DNA of 64,000 nt from Octopus sinensis (lineage: Eukaryota). Below the pieces are notes generated by a model. The model was not told where the DNA came from, ran no database searches, and saw only the letters and a program-made list of their open reading frames with translations. The translations under genes and the position numbers were made by a program. Positions 15,648 to 27,664 of this stretch are shown here, piece by piece (positions within the stretch are counted from its first letter, which is position 1; each line of letters opens with the position of its first letter). The stretch is taken from the NCBI RefSeq assembly GCF_006345805.1, contig NC_043008.1, forward strand, positions 55,862,001-55,926,000, written 5' to 3'.

Positions 15648-16196
15648 CTAAATGATGATGATGTGATATATAATATGTCTGTATATTATGTACCAAAATT
15701 GGTTATAGAACTAGATATTTAGAAATTTATGAAATTTCAGATTATTTATGATTAAGCTTGCTCTTAAAAACGGTTTTTTTTAAATGTGTTAGCAGTTATA
15801 AAAATTTTCGATTGCTATTTTTCAAAAGATATTTATGAAGATATATCTGTCTGATGAAACCTCATTATATTTAAAATGGTATTTTATTATTCTTGAAAAA
15901 CGTCTTTTTTAATGGTGTAGAAACAGTTGTAATTTACTAGATGTGTGTCATTTGTTTGTATAAAATAATAAAATTGAATTTACTTTAATAATTTAATGAT
16001 TAAATTATTTAATTGTTCAATTTATTATTTTGGTTTCCATTTCTGATTTATATTTATATATTGATAAACTGTATCCTTATTTTATTTATTTATTTACCTA
16101 TTTATTTGTTCATGACATTGTTATTTATATAGGTAAAAAACCCAGTAAATTCTTTGGATTTTTAATATCCCTTAGGTGTTATTTAAGACATAGCTA

Positions 16197-16234
<38 letters not shown>

Positions 16235-17393
16235 GTATATATATATAATATATATATTATATATATATATATACATATATACATAATAATGTAGTTGAAA
16301 TTTACCCCAAAACAAAAGACGAAGCTAGGTGTATTAGTTAAATGCTTGAGAAGGTGAGAAAGTTTTTTATGTTTTGAGCCTATGCTCTTCAACAGAAAGG
16401 CACATGGGGAAATAAACAGAGAGAATATAAAAACTTTTGGAGTTAGCGGTCAACCATGGTGACATATATATATACATGCATTTGTATACTCTTTCACTCT
16501 TTTACTTGTTTCATTCATCTGACTGTGGCCATGCTGGAGCACCGCCATTAGTCGAACAAATCGACCCCAGGACTTATTCTTTGTAAACCTAGTACTTATT
16601 CTGTCAGTCTCTTTTGCTGAACCACTAACTTACAGGGACATAAACACACCAGCATCGGTTGTCAAGCGATGTTAGGGGAACAAACACAAACACATATACA
16701 CATACATGCATATATATGTATACGTATATATGACGGGCTTCTTTCAGTTTCCGTCTACCATATCCACTTACAAGGCCTTGGTTGGCACGAGGCTATAGTA
16801 GAAGACACTTGCCCAAGGTGCCACGAAGTGGGATTGAACCTGGAACCATGTAGTTGGTAAGCAAGCCACTTACTGGAGCCTGGTGCAGCCTCCTGGCTTC
16901 CCAGGCCCTGGTTGAACTGTCCAACTCATGCTAGCATGGAAAACGGACGTTAAACGATGGTGATGATGATGATGACATACATATATGTTAAATATATATA
17001 TATATATACACACACATATATATATACATATATATACGTATACATATATACACATACACACTCATACGCAAACACAAACACACACAGTTGCCTGTATAGT
17101 AGTACATATATAATGTATGTAATGAGATATTGTGAGGTAATGCTGTGTATTGTATTAGGTCAGTATCAGTCTCCGGAGATACATTGCTGCTGCTGCTGCT
17201 ACTTCACCTACTACTGCACACCTTGTATTTTTTTTTCCCTGCATTGTTTACAGTTTTCTTTATAGACTCAGTAAGAACTAATTGTTTTCCTGCTACTGAA
17301 TGATGGAAGTGTTTACTCCCATTACTCACACCTGCCCAGGTAGCAGTAGTAATTGTGATAGCAGCAGTAGTAGTAGTAGTTAGTAGTAGTAGT

Positions 17394-17443
<50 letters not shown>

Positions 17444-17466
17444 TGTACCTGTACATACCTGCTTAC

Positions 17467-17475
17467 CTCCGTATC
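17467..17475 (-). CDS. Weak candidate 9-nt microexon GATACGGAG with alternative donors giving 17 or 27 nt
   Basis: ctactattactactacag|GATACGGAG|gtaagcag|gtatgtacag|gtacat. It sits inside a (TAG)n array and would create TGA if joined directly after exon 22243-22361. Confidence 0.15.
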
Positions 17476-18322
17476 CTGTAGTAGTAATAGTAGGTGTGAT
17501 ATCATTTTGAAGTTTTAGCTGCTTCATGTGGTTGGTGAGAAAACCCTGACTAATATATATAATATATTATATATATATATATATATATATTATATAATAT
17601 GTATGTATATGTATATATGTATGTATATCTATATATATGTATGTATATGTTATATATGTATGTATATCTATATGTATGTATATCTATATGTATGTATGAT
17701 ATCTATATGTATGTGTGTATATCTGTATGTGTGTATATCTCTGTATGTATGTATATCTCTATGTATGTATGTATATCTCTTATGTATATATATGTATGTA
17801 TATGTATATCTATATATGTATATATAGGTGTATATATGTATGTATGTATATATACATACATCATGGAGTATGAACATACGTCATGAAGTAAAGATGTTGT
17901 GGTGTGGCGAGAGTAGGCAGTTGTGGGTGTGGGCTGACGGTCTTTTGTCTTTAGTTTGTTTTAATCATCGGACCGTGCTCATTCTGGAGCACTGCCTTGA
18001 AGGATTTAATTAAACAATTCAACCCTTCTATTTCTTTATATTTTAAAGTCTGATACCTTTTCCATTGGTCTCTTTGCTTGTAAACAAACCAACACTGGTT
18101 GGCAAGTGGTATTGGAGGCAAACAAAAACATCCACAAACACACCTAATTTTCTTTCTTCGTTATTTCCTCTCCTTCTCTATTCTATCTTTCGGAAGAAGA
18201 GCATATGCTCAAAACATTAAGACATTTCCTTCTTTTTCTGTTATTTTCTGAGTGTCAGTTACCTACTCTATGTTTATTTTTTACCTCATCTTTGTGTTGT
18301 GTTGTTCATCACCTTTGCACAA

Positions 18323-18360
<38 letters not shown>

Positions 18361-18983
18361 TCTATCTATCCATCCATCCATCCTTCTATCTATCTATCTA
18401 TCCATCCATCAATCCAGCCATCCATCCATCTATCCATCCATCCATCCATCCATCCATTTATCCATCCATCCGTCCGTCCATCCATCCATCCATCCATCCA
18501 TCTATCTGTCTGTCTCTGTCTCCCTGTCTCTTTCTCTCTCTCACTCTCTCTCTCTGTCTTTCTGTACTCAAGAAAACCTGTACTACGCAGCAGAAGTATT
18601 AAGACCACTCCCTCTGGTGGTACTATGTAAAAGTGCCTGTGTAGCACCAAGTAAACTCACTTGTGCGGTGCCGTATAAAATCACCCAACACACTCTGTAA
18701 AATTTGGATTTGAACTTGGAATGTAAAGAGTGATAACAAATACTGCAAGGTGTTTTGTTTAGTAACACAGAATTTGCCAACTGCCACCTTTGTTCAGGTG
18801 ACTTTTCATGTTTGCTATTTGAAAATATTGTTGCTGTTGTTTTTGTTGTTTATGTTCCAAAATGTCTCTGACTCAGCTGATCTATAACCCAAGATATCTC
18901 AGTTGCGATAATTCAGTCTTTATTTAAGGCATTTTCTATCTTAGCACCATTGTATTTCAATGGTAAATCAGATGGGTGGTGAT

Positions 18984-19280
18984 GTGGAGGCATATGGCCC
19001 AGTGGTTAGAGCAGCAGACTTGTGGTTCGAATCTCAGACCAGGCGATGTGTGTGTTTATGAGCGAAACACCTAAGCTCCACGTGGCTCCGGCAGAAGATA
19101 ATGTCGAACTTCTGCTGACTCTTTCGCCATAACTTTCTCTCACTCTTTCCTCCTGCATCTTGTAGCTCACCTGTGATGGACCGGCGTCCCATCCAGGTGA
19201 GGAACCTATACGTCCAGGAAACTGGGAAACCGGCCCTTATAAGCCAGGCATGGCTCGAGAAGGAACAAACAAACAACAAA
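18984..19280 (+). mobile_element. SINE family 2 (tRNA head with A box TGGCCCAGTGG and B box GTTCGAATCT), tail type a
   Basis: Near-identical copies at 19580-19848 (-) and 21322-21628 (+), and older ones at about 10570-10750 and 21965-22200. Confidence 0.8.
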
Positions 19281-19579
19281 ACAGATGGGTGGTGATATAT
19301 GGAATGACATGCAAAAAAGTTATTATTAACTTGAAATTTGTTTCTTAGTTTGGTGTAGGCATGGCTGTGTAGTTAAAAGGCTTGCTTGGTATTCATATGG
19401 TTTTAGGTTCAGTCCCACTGTGCACCTCAGCAAGTTGGCCAAATGCTTTCTATTGTAGCCTTGGACTGACCAATGCCTCGTGAGTGAATTTGGTTGATGG
19501 ACACTGTGGGGAAATTTGTTCTGTTTGTGTGTGTGCAAAAAGCACCCATGCTGGTGCCACATAAAAAGCACCCAGTACA

Positions 19580-19848
19580 TTTTGTTGTTTGTTCCTTCTC
19601 GAGTCATGCCTGGCTCATAAGGGCCGGTTTCTTTGGCATATAGGTTCCCCACTTGGATGGGACGCCAATCTGTCGCAGGTGAGCTGCAAGATGCAGGAGG
19701 AAAGAGTGAGAGAAAGTTGTGGCGAAAGAGTCAGCAGAAGTTCGCCATTACCTTCTGCTGGATCCACACATCGCCCGGTCTGAGATTAGAACCTGTGATC
19801 CCTCGACCGCGAGTCCGCTGTTCTAACCACTAGGCCATGTGCCTCCAC
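19580..19848 (-). mobile_element. SINE family 2 copy nested in a family 3 element, with TSD
   Basis: cagtaca is duplicated at 19573-19579 and 19851-19857, and the host repeat resumes after the insertion. Confidence 0.8.
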
Positions 19849-22242
19849 GTCAGTACACTTTGCAAAATGGTTGGTATTAAGGAAGGGCATCCAGCCATAG
19901 AAACCATACCAAAGCAGACAGTTGGAGCCTGATGTAGCCCTCTGGCTTGCCAGCTCCTGTCAAACCGTCCAACCCATGCCAGCATGGAAAGCAGATGTTA
20001 AATGATGATGATGATATGTACTTGTGTGTAACATGTATGTGTGCATCTTTGCGCTTGTCCTCTTACCACTTGACAACCAGTGTTGGTTTGCTTACATCCA
20101 TATAACCTAGTGGTTTGGTAAAAAGAAAATCGTAGAATAGCTATCTGACAATATTTCAGCATATCACTGCCTGGAATCGAACTCAGAATCTTGGGGTTAG
20201 TAGCCTGCGCTCTTAACCACTACGCCACATGCCCATTGGCATACCCATCAAATGTAAATAATGTACATTTCAGCATATGATTTGAAGAACATTTGTATGC
20301 TATTTTTAGCAGGATAGGTGGTTGTAGCTGGGCTGAATTATGAGTTGTTGTAAGGATTAAAATTTGTCATCAACATATCTGCTGTTTTTGTTTTATAGGT
20401 TGTTGCTGTGTTTTAGCCCTAGGTTGGCCCTATTTAAACAACCTATGATCAAAAGTATGGGACCCATGGTCCAATCCTTCTCCATCTCTTTTAGGGTTAT
20501 GTCAAAGACTACATTATCTAATATGCTCTTTTCTTTATTGAAAACAGAACGGTAGATATTAGATGGAGCTCTGGCTGCTTTTTCTAGCAGATCAAAAGAC
20601 CATTTAGATGATTCCTTACTGACCTTTAGATTGTTATTGTCTTGTTCTGTCTTTGGTCAGCCATGATCAAGTAGATCTCTGATGACAGCGATTCCAGCTG
20701 TGACCATCCCATCTTATTTTCAGGCATGTTATGTCTTGGATTACATTATCCACTATTTTAATTTTTTTATCTCTTACTTTTATAGTCACTTAATTATGAC
20801 TTTTGAGTGATTTGGCTGTTATTTCCAGCAGATCTTGCAACCACGTAAAGGCTCCCATTGTCTCCTTGTAGAATTCGTATTTTCAGATGGCAGGATGACA
20901 CAGAAAAACCATTCATTACTGTGTAAGTTTCTAATTAAAGCTGCTTCTGGAATGTAAGTCTTGATTAATTCTGTAAATGTTGATTAATTCTCAAGAAATA
21001 ATTATTTATAGCTGAGACATAATGTGCATTTTCAAAGTCAATTCTCTGAAGTATAACAATAGTTTAATCACTGCTAAATATAACCATTTCTAATTAAGCC
21101 AACGATGGAGCAGACCCATAGTCAGTTGATCAGCTAGATATGTAAACCAAATTGCCCTCAATTGTGAACTACCACCTTAAAATAGGCACAATACTTCATT
21201 TTCATGCATCTTGGTGACATTTTTCAGGCTAAAATTAACAGCCAAAAAGGATAAGTCCACTTATACACCAAGAATGATTTTGTTATGGTTATAAACAAGC
21301 ATCACTATCATACAAGTAGTGATGTGGAAGCACATGGCCTAGTGGTTAGAGCAGTGGACTCGCGGTCGAAGGATTGTGGGTTCATATCTCAGACCGGGCG
21401 ATGTGTGTGTGTGTTTATGAGCAAAACATCTAAGCTCCACGCGGCTCCGGCAGAAGATAATGGCAAACTTCTGCTGACTCTTTCGCCACAACTTTCTCTC
21501 ACTCTTTCCTCCTGCATCTTGCAGCTCACCTGTGACGGACTGGTGTCCTGTCCAGGTGGGGAACCTATACACCAATGAAACCAGGTAAGTGGCCCTTATG
21601 AGCCAGGCATGGCTCAAGAAGGAACAAGCAGTGATGTTCATTTACAGTAGTAGCCCTCAACCAGTTTTTGTCTATAGACTGACCCCTTTAATTCCTATCT
21701 TACTCAGGTGAGCCCTTATAACCATTAAGTGTTTCACCCCTTGAAATTGGTTGATGTAAATTTCAAGCGCTGTGTACTTGCTTTCAAAAAAGAGGAACGT
21801 GTCAAGACAATGTGCTGTGTGCATAATACAGTTTCAGGAAGGGGACCATATATTAATGCACAGACTGCCACGTCCCATTATGTATTACATCCTGTTTTTA
21901 GATTTACCATACCAAAATTTATTTTTGATGTTTGATGTTTTGTTAAGCCAATATACGTCATCTTGGAGGCCTGTGGCCTGGTGGTTTGGATGTTGGACTC
22001 ATGGTCATAAGATTGTGGTTTCAATTCCTGGACTGGGCGACACGTGTTCTTGAGCAAAACACATCATTTCATGTTGCTTCAGTTCACTCAGCTGGCAAAA
22101 ATGATTAATTCTGTGATGGACCGGTGCCCCATCCAGGTGGGGAATTTATATGCCATGATAACTGGGAAACTGGCCCTTATGAGTTGGTATGATTTCAGGA
22201 GAAAACTTTACCTTTTTAATATACATCATTTCTCTGACTTAC

Positions 22243-22361
22243 ATATGCCTTTAAGGGATCTCATTCTCCCAGTAATGAATGGTTTTCCTGTGTCATCTTG
22301 CCATCTGATGGCTTCAGCTGAGATGGTTATCATTGGTTTGGCCTTGTTGCCTGATAAACAG
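22243..22361 (-). CDS. Candidate 119-nt internal exon ((H)CLSGNKAKPMITISAEAIRWQDDTGKPFITGRMRSLKGI)
   Basis: Acceptor gatttttttacccccccccatgacaacag| and donor CATAT|gtaagt. Only one minus frame is open (phase 2 in, phase 1 out), compatible with the neighbouring candidates. Unique high-complexity sequence. Confidence 0.45.
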
Positions 22362-22608
22362 CTGTTGTCATGGGGGGGGGTAAAAAAATCCTATTGTCTT
22401 TTTATAATTAAATATTATTAGGATTTGTATGAAAAAGATTGTGATAATATTTTGTGTATTTGTGCAAGTGTGGCTGTGTGGTAAGAAGCTTGGTTCCAGT
22501 TTCAGTCCCACTGTGTGGCACCTTGGGCAAGTGTCTTCTACTATAGCCTCAGGCTGACCAAAGCCTTGTCAGTAGATTTGGTTGACAGAAACTGACAGAA
22601 GCCCATTG

Positions 22609-22641
<33 letters not shown>

Positions 22642-23297
22642 TTATGCACGTGTGCTTTGTGTCTGTTTGTCCTCCCACGATAGCTTGACAACTGATGTCA
22701 GTGTGTTTATATCCTTGTAACTTAGCAGTTTGGCAAAATAGACCAATAGAATAAGTACCAGGCTTACAAAAAATAAGTCCTGGGGTCAATTTCTTTGACT
22801 AAAGAACCCTTCAAGGCGGTGGTGCTCTAGCATGGCCACAGTCAAATGACTGAAACAAGTAAAAGAATAAAAAAAGAATTGTAGAAGTACAACCGTTGGA
22901 CCCTAAATTTTAACAACAAAATCTTACATGGACCAACAAAGGTCATGTAGACCCTGATTGAGAACAATTGATTTTATAGCCTTCTGTGAAAAAAATCATG
23001 TCCGGCCATGGAGGAAATACTACCTTGTTTGGAAATAGGTGAAGGTTGGTAGTGATGAAGGGCATCTGGCCACAGAAAATCTTTCCCAATAAATTCCATC
23101 TTATCCATATAAAACATGGGAAAGTGATGATAATAATTAGCTGGCCATGTGTGTGTGTGTGTGTATGTGGTGCAGCCTCCTAGCTTACTGGTCCTCAGTC
23201 AAACCTTCCAACCCATGCCAGCATGGAAAGCGGATGTATAAACGACAACAACAACAACAATGATGATGATAAATATATATATGTGTGTGTGTGTGTG

Positions 23298-23610
23298 TGT
23301 GGAGGTGCAATGGCTCAGTGGTTAGGGCAGCGGGCTTGCGGTTGTAGGATCACAGTTTCGATTCCTAGGCCGGGCGTTATGAGTATTTATTGAGCGAAAA
23401 CACCTAAAAGCTCCACGAGGCCCCGGCAGTGGGTGGTGGTGATCCCTGCTGTACTCTTTCACCACTCTTTCTCTCACTCTTTCTTCTCTTGGCCTGCTCA
23501 CTTAGCCAGCGGGGTGGTGTCATTGAAGGCTAAAAAACAATGCGAAGCGCATTGTGACTAGCGATGTGTAGCAACATCTGATGGCCTGGTCGGTCACGTG
23601 ATCACGTGAT
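23298..23610 (+). mobile_element. SINE with family 2 head and core, tail type b
   Basis: gtggaggtgcaatggctcagtgg...gtttcgattcc head and shared core, followed by a distinct tail ending in tcacgtgatcacgtga. Confidence 0.75.
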
Positions 23611-24227
23611 ATATATATATATGTATATATATATGAGCCAGGCAGATTAATGCAGCCTTCTGACTACTTTCATGTTTTATAAATTATAGCTTGAATTTAC
23701 TTTCTCTAGCAGTAGTAAACCCAGGAACAATTAAAACTGGAATTCTTTTGGCATTGAATTATTCTGTTTAATTACTTATTAATCACTTGAGTTCAGTGTT
23801 TGATAGATAAAACTTCTGGCACTTGAAATTACAATTTACTTTTTTCTCTTTTTTTTCTTCTTTTTTTTTTTTTCAATTATAAAAATAGTTTGTAATACTC
23901 ATTGATATTTTAAACTTCATTTTCGTTTCAGTGAATTGTTTATGTCAAAGCAATATTCAGTTTTACACACACACACACACTGAAGATCAGATGCCAATCA
24001 ACCCCTTCCCACCACCACCACCACCACCAGACTCATATCTATTCCCTCTCCAGCTTCTGAACTTCACATAAAATATATAAATTTTATGAAGTGAATCTGT
24101 TCTTAGAGTCATAAATCATAGAGTATAAATAATTACGGTACAGTCCAGCTGTTACATACTTTCATTAATTGTTTCAGGTGCCTGTGTAATGCAGTCCTCT
24201 GACAAAACACACAGTAAGGCAACTTAC

Positions 24228-24281
24228 TGTGTTTTGTCAGAGAATTGATATTTGAATTCCTTAGACCATGCCTCATACATA
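24228..24281 (-). CDS. Candidate 54-nt exon (MYEAWSKEFKYQFSDKT, phase 2/2)
   Basis: Donor ACACA|gtaagt is consensus. Acceptor atcatatctctag| is moderate. The frame is open and the length is divisible by 3. Confidence 0.35.
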
Positions 24282-24497
24282 CTAGAGATATGATCTTTAG
24301 AAATATTTCATCTTTTCATCATTATACGTGACACCTAGTAAGTTGAAAAAAATTAGGATAAATTTTTTTCATTTATCTTGCATTCATCTCATTTTCATGT
24401 TTTTGTTTTAATTTACTGTGTTTTGTTGGAGGTGGGACACTTTTTTGCTCCCTCACACTTTGACCCAGTAGCACGCATCCAAGATGTGACAGCTGGA

Positions 24498-24540
<43 letters not shown>

Positions 24541-26041
24541 CGAGAGCGAAAGAGAGAGGTTGTATCAGCTCTTGGCTAATACTCCTTTACAGCTGAGTGA
24601 ACTAGAGCAGCATCAAATAAAGTGCCTTACTTAAGGACATGATGCACTGCCTATTGCAGGAACTGAACCCATAATACTGCAATTATGTGTTGGTTAATGC
24701 CTGAAAAGACTCATGATTGTGGACACAAGTGTTCAAAATAAGGTTCTCCCGAAGGTAATAAGAAAATGGTAAAGTTATCTTCTTGAGTAGATTTTGATGT
24801 TGGACGAAATGCTTTATGTATTTCACCTGTCACTATGTTCTGAGTTCAAATTCCGCTGAGGTCGACTTTGCCTTTCATCCTTTCAGGGTCGATAAATTAA
24901 GTACCAGTTGCTCCCTCCCCCCAAATTTCAGGCTTTGTGCCTACAATGGAAAGGATTATTGTTATTTTTGTTTGGTTCCATTTTGGTCATGATTGAGCTG
25001 ACATACATTGAAAGGTATTCCAGCTGTGATTATCATACATTTAGAAATGTTTTGAATTTCAGAACCTAATGCAGTGCTTCCCAGTTAAGCTTCTGCAAGA
25101 AGTTGCTAGGAGTTCTGCAAGATTTAGTGCTAAATGGACTAATTATATGCAGATGTATTTGTCAGTAATTTTCATGTTTAATTCTATATTTGTAATTTTA
25201 TATTGCGTATATTATATACACATGACATATTTGAAATCCTAGCACCTGTGGGTTGCAAGGAAGCATGGAAAGAGAAATGACTTTTTAACAGGAAATTACA
25301 GGAGGGTTTGGTCTAAACAAGTCTTTCCTTAACTTTTTTTACTACCTAAGCCTTTTATTTCCTATGGATTATAGGCCATCAATGATTTTTCTTTACAGTT
25401 CTTGATTTTAGATTGTGTTCCTGTCTCAGGTGTTGTTAGTTTTAAATTATCATTGATGCTTCTTAACTTTGCTTTTTTTCTAGGTAAGACTATTGACCCT
25501 ATGCAAACCCATTTTAAAACAAGGAAGAGGGGGTTTCCATATTAGTCTGGCCTCAGTTCTTTGACCTATCCAGCCTGGGAGGCCCCATCAAGAGCTTATA
25601 CTCTGTTGACACAACTCTTGAGGTCACTGAAGCATACAAGCCACTATTCTACAAGGACTGAACTCTGTGGTGAAAACAAGGCTTTGGTTAAGATGAAATT
25701 TATTAAACCATCTTTGTGGTGTCTGATGGATTTAGCACTGTCTTACCTTTTGAAGACAGTTTTTAAGATTTGTGTAAGCTCTTACAAAACTCAAATTTAT
25801 GAAGAGAAAGCAAAAGATCCTTTAGCATTCACATTATTCTGTCAAAAATAATGCTTATTTATTCACATTGTTTTGAATTTACATGTATTACCTTGTAGCT
25901 ACGAGATTTTGATGAGGCAACTGTTAATTTTTCAGAATGACATTGTAGGGTAGGTGTGAGAAACCAGATCTAGCCAGTTTGAACATAAAACAAGTGGAAT
26001 ATTTTGGTTGGATATGGCTGGTTTAAATACTGAAGGGTTAA

Positions 26042-26405
26042 TCTCTCTATATATAAACGGCAAAATGTCTGCGTGTGTGTCCTTTATACAAATCCACAAT
26101 TTTTCAGTTAGAGGGCTCGCATTTTCTATGGTCATTCAAAACCGTCCAAGGATGGTTGTGCACATCTTTACATTTCCCCAGTCACTCCGCAAAGCCATTA
26201 AAAACTCAATAGAAGCGACTTTTTTGTGAATTTTCTATCCAAAGCCCAATCAAAATGCCCGAAACTTGATACGCCAATTGAATGCCAGCTAGCTGTATGT
26301 GATTGGTCGGAGATTTGGACAGTACCCGCGTGTATGTGCGCACGCACGCAGCTGTATATGCATGCACTAGCACTATGACCCGGCGTTGCCGAGTCATAGT
26401 GCTAG
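26042..26405 (+). mobile_element. Non-autonomous Helitron
   Basis: A|TC(tctctatatataaacggc) 5' end, subterminal GC hairpin cggc-gtt-gccg, CTAG|T 3' end, no TSD. Confidence 0.7.
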
Positions 26406-26642
26406 TAATGTTATAAAATAATTTTTAAATAAGGATTCTTTAAAACATACAATGGAGGAATGTTGATCTAATGTGTCCTCTCTTTACTTGTGACAGCATG
26501 GTGTGATTAGAGAGGGATTCTGTAGCTATTTCTAAATTGAACAACTCTGTAGAGGTTCCCTTGTTGTCATGTTCATCTGACATGCCTGTTATTCTGATAT
26601 GTGGTATCAGATATGTGGTAACTCTATAAATTACATACTTAC

Positions 26643-26651
26643 TTCAAATTA
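26643..26651 (-). CDS. Candidate 9-nt microexon TAATTTGAA (x-N-L-x, phase 2/2)
   Basis: catttttttctatttttcattattattattttctgaataaattctgcaactaatttgcag|TAATTTGAA|gtaagtatgt: branch-like CTAAT, two UGC motifs, consensus donor. Only phase 2 is stop-free, matching the 24228-24281 candidate. Confidence 0.4.
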
Positions 26652-27664
26652 CTGCAAATTAGTTGCAGAATTTATTCAGAAAATAATAATAATGAAAAAT
26701 AGAAAAAAATGTCACTTTGACTTTGTTTCTGCTGCTGCCATTTAATATTCCAAATAGCATATACATTTTTAAAAAAATTCATTACTATGCATTTCTCTGA
26801 ATAATAAATATGAAGCTGACATTTTCAAAACGATTCCTATTATTTTGAAAATCCTTGCTGTTGTTGTTGTTATCCAGTCAGCCCTCAATCAGCCTTGATC
26901 TAGCAGAACTAACATAAAAAGAGTTCCGCCCATGACCATCCAGTCTTTTTGCATTTATAGGACCAGATCAGATTGGAGTCTGGTGCAGCCATCTGGTTTG
27001 CCAGACCTCAGTCAAATCGTCCAACCCATGCTAGCATGGAAAGCGGACGTTAAACGAGGGGGAGGAGGAGGATGGTAGTGGTGGTGGTGGTGGTGGTGGT
27101 GGGGATGATGATGATGGTGATGATGATGATGATGATGATGATGAGGACTATATTGGCCAATTTATTCTTTGCTTTTTTTTTTTAAGTGACAGGCTTTGTT
27201 GATTACAGTGAGATTTGACTGTCCAGAGGCATTGCAAGGAGGTGGGGGAGAAATGAGAGAGGTAATGGACTGTCATCCCTGGACATAGTCATGGAGAGAT
27301 GCAAAAATTTCCTCTTCTTATCATCGTTTAAAATCTACTTTTCCATGCCTGCATGGGTTGGACAGAATTTGTTGAAGCCCTTCCTAATGCCAACCACTCT
27401 GAGAGTGTAGTAGGTGCTTTGATCTTTGTGATATATTTCTTATCTCAGTATTTGTAAATGAAGTTGGTGACTGAGAGACGATCTCTACATTCTGAGCTCA
27501 AATCCTGCCATACACAACTTTCCTGTTATTCTTTTGGGGTCAATAAAATAAAGTACCAGCCACGCACTGTGGTTGATGTAGTTGACTTGCTTCTTACCTG
27601 CTCAAAATTGCTGGCCTTGTGCCAAAGCATGAAACAATTTATTACTGTTATCATCACATTTTAC

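Noticed and set aside
18984-19060. tRNA-like A and B boxes
   Set aside because: They are SINE heads with no complete cloverleaf, so no tRNA gene is called. No rRNA or CRISPR array was seen.
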